DNA of 64,000 nucleotides, taken from NCBI GenBank assembly GCA_964016885.1, contig OZ024741.1:217372001-217436000 (forward strand). The letters are read 5' to 3'. Source of the stretch: Eledone cirrhosa (taxonomy: Eukaryota). Shown here one piece after another: positions 55,122 to 64,000 of the stretch. Under the pieces are notes generated by a model. It was not told the origin of the DNA and did no database searches. It worked only from the letters and a program-made list of their open reading frames with translations. Positions within the stretch are counted from its first letter, which is position 1, and each line of letters opens with the position of its first letter. Both the position numbers and the translations under genes were made by a program.

Positions 55122-55145
55122 ACTTGCCGCAAAACAAATCAGAAG

Positions 55146-55904
55146 ATGGCGACAAGACTACGGATGAACGAAGCTATCAGGCCATTCACCGGGGAAGGTG
55201 ATGTCGCTTGGCTGCGGAAGGTTCGGCTGGTCGCGGGCTTGCAGAAGATAGAAGACGTGGCCGGTCTCATTGCATTGTACCTCGAGGGTGACGCGTTGGT
55301 ACTCTTCCTTGAGTTGGACGAGCACAGCCAAAGAGATGTGCAGAAGATCGAGAGGCGTCTGATGGATGCATTCGCCGAGGGACCGTTGGCGGCTTTTGCT
55401 AAGCTGGCGAGAATCAGGTGGAATGGTGAGCGCGTCGACATTTTCGCAGCGGAAATAAGGCGGTTGGCTATGTTGGCGGGTTACCAGGCGGAATGCGAAC
55501 GCACGGTGTGGTTGGCATTCATCAATGGATTTCCGGACGACATAGCGGTGAAACTGCAGCAAGTCCCAGGGTACAAGGAGATGGAAATGCGTTCACTGGT
55601 GGAACAAGCCCGGATCATAGCGGATGATGCCAAAAAGAGTGTCGCGGCGATAGCGACTACGGCGGCTCAGGACACCTGGCAGCGAAATGGTCAAAGGGAG
55701 GCAACCTCGGCACGCGGCCGTTCGCGAGAATTTAAGGGCCGCTGTTTTAGGTGTCATGGCCCGCATATGGCTAGAGACTGTAGAGAGTCGAAGCCGGATA
55801 TAATTTGCTACCGGTGCAAGCGACCAGGCCACATCGCTACTAACTGCGACCAGGGAAACGGTCCAAGGGGAACTACTGCGCCGGTAGTTGCCCCTTACGA
55901 GTAG
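55146..55904 (+). CDS. gag: Gag with two zinc knuckles
   Basis: PFTGEGDV..WL.K N-terminus; CFRCHGPHMARDC and CYRCKRPGHIATNC. Confidence 0.92.
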   Translation: MATRLRMNEAIRPFTGEGDVAWLRKVRLVAGLQKIEDVAGLIALYLEGDALVLFLELDEHSQRDVQKIERRLMDAFAEGPLAAFAKLARIRWNGERVDIFAAEIRRLAMLAGYQAECERTVWLAFINGFPDDIAVKLQQVPGYKEMEMRSLVEQARIIADDAKKSVAAIATTAAQDTWQRNGQREATSARGRSREFKGRCFRCHGPHMARDCRESKPDIICYRCKRPGHIATNCDQGNGPRGTTAPVVAPYE

Positions 55905-55910
55905 CGGCGC
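55853..55910 (+). promoter_or_regulatory. Programmed -1 ribosomal frameshift signal (G GGA AAC + H-type pseudoknot)
   Basis: Heptamer at 55853-55859 in the correct gag phase. Stem aaggggaactac/gtagtt(g)cccctt; loop gcgccg pairs with cggcgc at 55905-55910. The -1 frame is open into pol. Confidence 0.88.
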
Positions 55911-58730
55911 TGCCCGTGGTGGAAGTCTTCGTGAGGGGGAAGCCACAGCGAGCCCTCGTGGATACGGGCTGTACGACGACACTGGTGACCGCGGGGGTGG
56001 CGCAGAGGTGGGGAGGGAAGAGCAGCGTAAGGGCAGTCGACGGCAGGAAAATTGAATGCCGAGGTCGCAGCGAGATGGAAATAGCGGTACGGGGAAGGAC
56101 GATATGGCTTTCCGCCATCGTGGTAGACAGTGTGGTGGATGGGATCGGCGTGGTTATGGGCATGGACGCGATTGGCCGTCTAGGGGGCGTCACGATGAAC
56201 AATGTCGGTGTGTCGTTTGGCGCCGCTGCATCGGTATGCGCTGTGAGTGCACGTCATGAGAACCAGAAGGCCCATGAGGAGCAATACCCCGCTTACACTG
56301 TACAGGACAAAGACTTCAAGGCCGTGTTTGATGGGCAGCGATGGGTTGTTGAGTGGTACTGGAAGGGAGAACCACCAACACTGAAGACCAAAGTGGGCTG
56401 CTATCAACACACATTGAAGGGAAACGCTAGGGGCGAGTTGGAGCGAGAAGTAGAGAGATGGATCGAAGAGGGCATACTGCTTCCCTGGAAGGAGGAGGTG
56501 AAGTGCAGAGTATTGCCGTTGATGGCGGTGGTGCAACCCACGAAGAGCAAGGTGAGGCCGGTGCTGGACTATCGAGAGCTGAACGAGCACGTGTCATGCC
56601 ACACGGGTGGCGAGGTCACGGATGTCTGTGGGGAAACCCTGCGTGAGTGGAGACGCATGACGGGGGGTTCAGCGATCGTGGATCTAAAGTCGGCTTACTT
56701 GCAGTTGCATATAGATGAGAAGCTCTGGCGGTATCAGCTGGTCAGGTATAAGGGCCGGACATATTGCCTGACCAGGCTCGGTTTCGGGCTGAGCTCCGCA
56801 CCGAAGATCATGGCGGCGGTCCTCAAGACCGCTCTGGGGAGGGCCGACAAGATAAAGAGGGCTACTAACTCCTACATTGACGACATCCTAGTGGACGAGT
56901 CGGTGGTGTCGACGGCGGAGGTCACGAGCCATTTGCGGAGGTATGGACTGACTGCGAAGCCATCAGAAGCATTGGAGGGAGGAGCCGCGCTGGGACTTAG
57001 GCTACGGCGAGATAAGACGGGCGTTTTGGTGTTCCAGAGGGGAAACGAAGTTCCGGAACTGGGCCCAAGTATGAATAGGCGGGAGCTTTTCTCGGTGTGT
57101 GGAAAGCTGGTGGGTCACTACCCGATCGCTGGGTGGCTCCGGACGGCATGCAGCTATGTCAAGAGACGAGCGGGATGGGTGACTTGGAGTGACAGAGTGG
57201 GAGAGAGAACGGTGGCCATGATGCAGGAGATCGTGGGGAGGGTGAAGGCCGACGACCCAGTGCGGGGACGCTGGTACGTTCCCAAATCACGGAGCGGGAC
57301 CGTATGGTGCGATGCCAGCAACATAGCGCTGGGTGTCACGTTGGAGATAGGAGGTGTTGAGGTCGAGGATGCAGCCTGGCTTAGAAAGAAGGACGACTGC
57401 AACCACATCAATGTGGCCGAGCTGGACGCGGTGTTGAGAGGGGGGAAACCTCGCCCTGCGGTGGGGGCTGCGCACCATCGAGATACGCACCGACTCGGCT
57501 ACCGTACTCGGATGGGTAAGATCAGTGCTCACCAGTGAGAAGAGAGTGCGAACGAGAGGCGCGGTGGAGATGCTGATAAAGCGCCGCCTGGGAACATTAG
57601 GAGAGCTGGCCACCGAGTTCGACCTGAAGCTGAGCGTAGTGTTCGTGCCTTCAGAGAAAAATAGGGCGGACATCTTAACTAGAGTGAAGAAAGCCTGGAT
57701 GGAAGCGCCGGAGGAGGTAGAGGATGAGATAGCTGCCGTGTGTCGGCTGACCGAGTTAGACCTGAAGGGGTTGCATGACATGCACCACATGGGGGTGGAT
57801 AGGAGCCTGTTCCTAGCCAGGAGAATCGACTCGGACGTTAGCAGACACAGTGTTCGGGGGGTGGTTAGAGGCTGCGCCCGATGTCAGTCCATTGATCCCG
57901 CCCCGGGTGTACACGAAACGGGAAGCCTCCCGGTGGATCGCGACTGGAAGCGATTAGCGGTGGATGTGACGCACTACCAGCAGGGAACGTACCTCTCGAT
58001 GGTCGACTGTGGACCAGGTCGAGTGGCGATATGGAGGGAGATGAAGACTGGAACGGCCGAGGAAATCGTGCGGACGTTGAGAGAGGTGTTCTTGGAGCGG
58101 GGCCCTGTGGATGAACTGCTGATGGACAACAGCGCAGCGTTCCGCTCGGAGGCACTGAGGGGGATGCTCGATGGATGGAAGGTGGACCGTTTCTTCAGAG
58201 CGGCGCACAGGCCGAGCGGGAATGGAATCGTGGAGCGACACCACCGGACGATCAAGGCAATGGCGGAGCGGGGCCATATCTCACCAATGGAGGCAGTGTT
58301 CTGGTACAATATGTCCCCTCGGGTTGGACAGGTCGAGGAATCGGTGCCACACAGAGCAGTATTCAAATACGAGTGGCGGCACCCGTGCACGCCACCACAA
58401 CGGCCAGTGGGGAGAGAGAGTGCATTCGTGCAGGTGGGCGAAGAAGTCTGGGTTAAGCCCCCAGATGTACGGTGCACATCTCAATGGGGAAGGGGAACGG
58501 TGACGGCCGTAAATTCAAAGAACAATGTGTCCGTGGACGGGGTACCACGTCATGTCCTGGATGTAAGAAGAATCACTGTATCGACGGACTCCGAGGAAGA
58601 GGAAACCCAAGATGAGGTGGAAACCCAGAGCCCTGCCCCAATACTACGAAGATCGCAACGAAGTCGTAGACCACCGACCTGGACGGCAGACTTTCATATG
58701 CAGAGGGACGAGGGGGAAATTGATCCTTGA
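55859..58730 (+). CDS. pol: Pol (protease, RT, RNase H, integrase) with one +1 frameshift at the G-run 57440-57445
   Basis: ALVDTG; RPVLDYRELN, DLKSAY, YIDD; WCDAS, ELDAV, TDS (after the shift); HH-CC, AVD, MDN, NGIVER. Confidence 0.92.
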
Positions 58731-59709
58731 GATCAGGGGGGCGTGTGGATATGGTGTGGCGTGCGGTGGCCGGGGGGGGGGGAGTGCTCGACCGGAAGGG
58801 GTTTTTGAGTGCTCGACCGGAAGGGGTCTTTGACCGGAAGGGCCAGGAGAGGGCCTCTCTCTAGTGGTGACCAGCATACGGTGAGGACGCGTTTTGGGCA
58901 GCTCCCGGTTTTAAGCAGTCGGACGCACGTGGAAGAGGAGTACCTGCAGTGGAATTTAGCGGCGCCTGTGAAAAGCGGTAAGTGAGATAGCTTTTTCTAA
59001 CCACACAGACCTCGGCGGGATTTGAGCTCAGACTGTATAGGGCCGTAACTCTATGCTGTTAAGCATGTTGTCCGGCGTTCTGCCGGTTCTACCAATCCAC
59101 TGCCCTCGGCCGTTGTTTTGATAATGAAATAATTAATAATTTTAGTAAATTCTTCATTAATAAATTGAAATAGAATGTACAGTATTTGGTTAGGGTTAGC
59201 GTATTATTGGTACTATAGTGTATTATTGGTACTTTATTTTTTCGACCCTGTAAGAATGAAAGGCAAAGCTGACCTCAGCGGGATTTCAGCTCAGGTCGTA
59301 AAGGGCCGTAACTTTATACTGTTAAGCATATTGTCCGGCGCTCTGCCGGTTCTACCAATCCACTGGTCTCGGCCGTTGTTTTGATAATGAAATAATTAAT
59401 AATTTTAATAAATTCTTCACTAATAAATTGAAATAGAATGTACAGTATTTGGTTAGAAATATCGCCATGAAAGGTTTACAAAACCTATAGCCTGTGAATT
59501 GGTCAGTCTTTAGAGAGTCAGACAAATGTTTGCAGTATTTGACCCAGTTCTTTTCAGGGTAAATAAAGTAAAGTAACAATCAGGAACTGGGATCGATTTA
59601 ATCGACTTTCTTTGCCTTCAAATTGTTGAATGTGCAAACCATGTGACTGTAGGTTGGCAGAAAAGAAAAAAGAAAAAGCATTTACTTTTGCCAGAGCCAT
59701 TGCTTGTAT

Positions 59710-60798
59710 GTTAAGCACCCTAGACTAGCCCTACAATGTGCACCCTAGACTAGCTTTGAAATGTGTGTATCGGCTTTTAGCACCCAATGCTAGCCCTACA
59801 ACGTGTACCTGGGTATTTAGCACCCTTGACTAGCTCTACAATGTGTACCTGGGGATTTAGCACCCTTGACTAGCTCTGCAATGTGTGTATCGGTTTTTAG
59901 CACCCAATGCTAGCCCTACAATGTATACCTGGGTATTTAGGACTCTAGACTAGCTCTACAGTGTATACCTTTGTATTTAGTATCCTAGACTAGTCCTACA
60001 ATGTATACCTGGGTATTTAGGACCCTAGATTAGCCCTACAATGTATACCTGGGTATTTAGGACCCTAGACTAGCTCTACAATGTATACCTGGGTATTTAG
60101 CACCCTAGACTAGCTCTACAATGTATACCTGGGTATTTAGCACCCTAGACTAGCTCTACAATGGGTATCTGGGTATTTAGTACCTTAGGCTAGCCCTACA
60201 ATGGGTACTTGGGTATTTAGTACCCTAGGCTAGCCCTACAATGTATACCTGGGTATTTAGTACCTAGGCTAGCCCTACAATGGGTACCTGGGTATTTAGT
60301 ACCCTAGGCTAGCTCTACAGTGTATACCTGGGTATTTAACACCCTAGGCTAGCCCTACAATGGGTACCTGGGTATTTAGTACCCTAGGCTAATCTACAAT
60401 GTATACCTGGGTATTTAGTACCCTAGGCTAGCTCTATAGTGTATACATGGGTATTTAGCATCCTAGGCTAGCCCTACAATGTATACCTGGGTATTTAGTA
60501 CCCTAGACTAGCTCTATAGTGTATACATGGGTATTTAGCATCCTAGGCTAGCCCTACAATGTATACCTGGGTATTTAGTACCCTAGACTAGCCCTACAAT
60601 GTATACCTGGGTATTTAGTACCGTAGGCTAGCCCTACAATGTATACCCCAGTATTTAGCATCCTAGTATAACCCTGCAATGTGTACTGTATATTTAGTAC
60701 CAAGGCTTGCCCTACAATGCGTTTCCGTATTTAACACACTAGACATATGATGTGTACCTTGATATTTAGTCCCCTAGACTATCCCAACAACGTGTACC

Positions 60799-60800
<2 letters not shown>
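59710..60800. repeat. 40-bp satellite, left block
   Basis: acaatgtatacctgggtatttagcaccctagactagccct tandem units. Confidence 0.97.
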
Positions 60801-60829
<29 letters not shown>

Positions 60830-60988
60830 GTGTGTGTGTGTGTATGTGTGTGTGTGTGTGTGTGTGTGTATTTAACGAAGGGTTAGAAATGTGAAAAGTT
60901 AGAATTCTAATTTTTCACATTTCTAACCCTTCGTTAAACACACACACACACACATATATATATATATGTATATATATAACCACATATA

Positions 60989-61896
<908 letters not shown>

Positions 61897-62347
61897 CAAA
61901 TAACGAAACGAAATTAAATTTCGTTTCGCTTCTAACTCACTTTTGTATGACTGACGCTTAAACAATTAAGTTAAAGTGTACATCTACATATGTATACGGA
62001 AGTATTAGTATGCATATAAATACACACATGTATACATATGTACATGTACTCAGTTTTTCACTAGACACTTTACAGTGAGTGTCAGCTAGTCTGTATGTAA
62101 CCACACAGACGGACCGGGTTTTAGAGTCATACGAGTTTTCAAGGAAACACATTTCCTCTATTCTCCAGAGGGCCAGACAGGAATATTGGACTAGTTTCGA
62201 TGTTGTTACATCTCATCAGCAATATTTACCCATCTTCCCGGCTTCTCTGTGTATATGTATACATGTGTGTATTTATATGCATACTAATACTTCCGTATAC
62301 ATATGTAGATGTACACTTTAAAATTTGGCTTCGTTTATTAAAGGTGT

Positions 62348-62402
62348 ACTGCTATATATATTTCGGTGACAGCCATCCTTGGCTGTGACCTCTTCAGGCA
62401 GT
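62348..62402 (-). ncRNA. Type I hammerhead ribozyme motif
   Basis: actgc-CTGAAGA-ggtcacagcca agga tggctgtcacc-GAAA-tatata-TA-gcagt, then AATAAA. Confidence 0.9.
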
Positions 62403-62599
62403 CCGAATTGGTGTGGTAGAGACAGGCACACATGTTGTTGAAGTGTTTAACTCCGTCAACACTCCGATATGCCCAGTTCCTGGTTGGGTTGTTATTTCTC
62501 TGAGGAACAGGAATCATATGAATTCGAATAAACGAATTTCGGCGTCAAAGGACACTCTCTCCTCCCATTGGTCAGTTGTGAGAACATTCATCATATATT

Positions 62600-64000
62600 T
62601 ATATAGCACCCTTGACAATGGTACCTTCGTATTTTGTACCTTAGCCAAATTCTATAATGTGTATCTGGGTAGTTAACACCCAAGACTAGCCGTACAATAA
62701 ATACCTTGGTATTTAGCATCCTAGACTAACTCTACAATGTGTATCTGGGTATTTAGTACCTTAACATATGCCTACAAGGTATACCTGGGTATGAGCACCC
62801 TTGGCAATCAATACAATATATACTTAGACATTTAGCAACATAAACTAGTCCTACAATGTGTACCTGGGTATTTAGCACCCACGGCTAACAATACAATGTG
62901 TGCCTGAGTACTTAGCACGATAGACAAATCCTAACATGTGTACCTAGGTATTTGGCGGGTTAGGCTAGCTCTACAATATGTACCTGGGTATTTGGCGTTC
63001 TAGACTAACTATACATTGTGTAACTGGGTATTTAGCACACTAGACTAATTCTACAATGTGCTTGTGTATTAAGTGTCATTGATTAGCCCTACAATATGTA
63101 CCTTGGTGATTAGCATACATGGCTAGCCTTACAATGAGTACCTGAGTATTTAGCACTCTTGACCATCTCTGTGGTGTGTACCAGGATATTTAGCAACTTA
63201 GACAAACCCTATAATGTGTACTTGGGTATGTAGTGTCCTAGGCAAGCGCTACAATATGTACCTGGATATTTATCACCAAAGGCTATCCCTATATTGTGTA
63301 CCTGTGTATTTAACACCCTAGACACACTCTACAGTGTGTACCTGGGTATTTAGCATCTAACGCCAGCCCTACAATGTCTATCTGTGTATTTAGCACCCTA
63401 GACTAACCCTGCAATATGTACCTGGGTACTTAGCACCCCAGACAAACCCGACAATGTGTAGCTGGGTATTAAGAACCCAAGGCTAGCCCTACAATGTGTA
63501 CCCGGGTATTTAGAACTCAAGGCTAGTCTTACAATGTGTACCTTGGTATTTAGCGTCTTAAGCTAGCTCTACAACGTGTACCTGGGTATTTAGCACCCTA
63601 GATTAGTCCTACAATGTGTACCTAGGTATTTAGTACCCTAGGCTAGCCTTACAATGTGTACCTGGGTATTTAGTACCCTAGGCTAACCCTACAATGGGTA
63701 CCTGGGTATTTAGTACCCTAGGCTAGCCCTACAATGTGTACCTGGGTATTTAGTACACAATGTTAGTCCTACAATGTGTACCTGGTATTTAGCACCCTAG
63801 ATTAGTTCTACAATGTATACCTAGGTGTTTAGTACCCTAGGCTAGCCCTACAATGTGTACCTGGGTATTTAGTACCCTAAGCTAGCCCTACAATGGGTAC
63901 CTGGGTATTTGGTACCTTAGGCTAGCCCTACAATGTGTACCCCAGTATTTAGTACCCAATGCTAGTCCTACAATGTGTACATGGTATTTAGTACCCTAGG
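62600..64000. repeat. 40-bp satellite, right block (runs off window)
   Basis: Same unit as 59710-60800; more diverged near 62600 and more homogeneous toward 64000. Confidence 0.97.

Larger units (their letters stand above)
54774..59005 (+). mobile_element. Full-length compact Gypsy LTR retrotransposon (LTRs 54774-55073 and 58744-59005)
   Basis: TGTGG...CCACA termini; 5-bp TSD CAGAC (54769-54773 / 59006-59010); PPT at 58729-58743; PR-RT-RH-IN order; inserted into a Nin-type SINE. Confidence 0.97.

Noticed and set aside
57440-57449. Second GGGAAAC in pol as a programmed frameshift
   Set aside because: Wrong phase for -1 slippage, and the required shift is +1 within RNase H; better explained as a homopolymer indel.

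Overview
AT-rich, repeat-dense animal DNA. The mix of (TA)n/(GAT)n/(GGT)n microsatellites, RTE LINEs, Penelope-like elements (PLEs) and Nin-/Meta-type tRNA SINEs points to a coleoid cephalopod, most likely an octopus (inference). Most entries in the ORF track are microsatellite or antisense artefacts. Two host genes can be read on the minus strand. (1) A spliced secreted pacifastin-like protease-inhibitor precursor: TATA 13771-13778, signal-peptide exon 13664-13712, and two paralogous 138-nt phase-1 domain exons at 4295-4432 and 622-759, continuing off the left edge. (2) An unrecognised secreted Gln/His/Arg-rich repeat protein (51440-52318) with a TATA box and possible downstream exons. Mobile content: many 5'-truncated RTE copies carrying a PHD finger next to the RT core and sitting in (TA)n, an R4/Dong-type element in (TAA)n, several PLEs, a near-intact 4.2-kb Gypsy element, solo LTRs, Helitron/hAT/mariner remnants and 40-bp and 48-bp tandem arrays. 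The Gypsy element has a GGGAAAC plus pseudoknot frameshift signal and no canonical tRNA primer-binding site. The most striking unannotated signal is about a dozen type-I hammerhead-ribozyme motifs from several families. Several lie in outward-facing inverted pairs, and two lie on the sense strand of the pacifastin intron. All structures were read by eye; none were computed.
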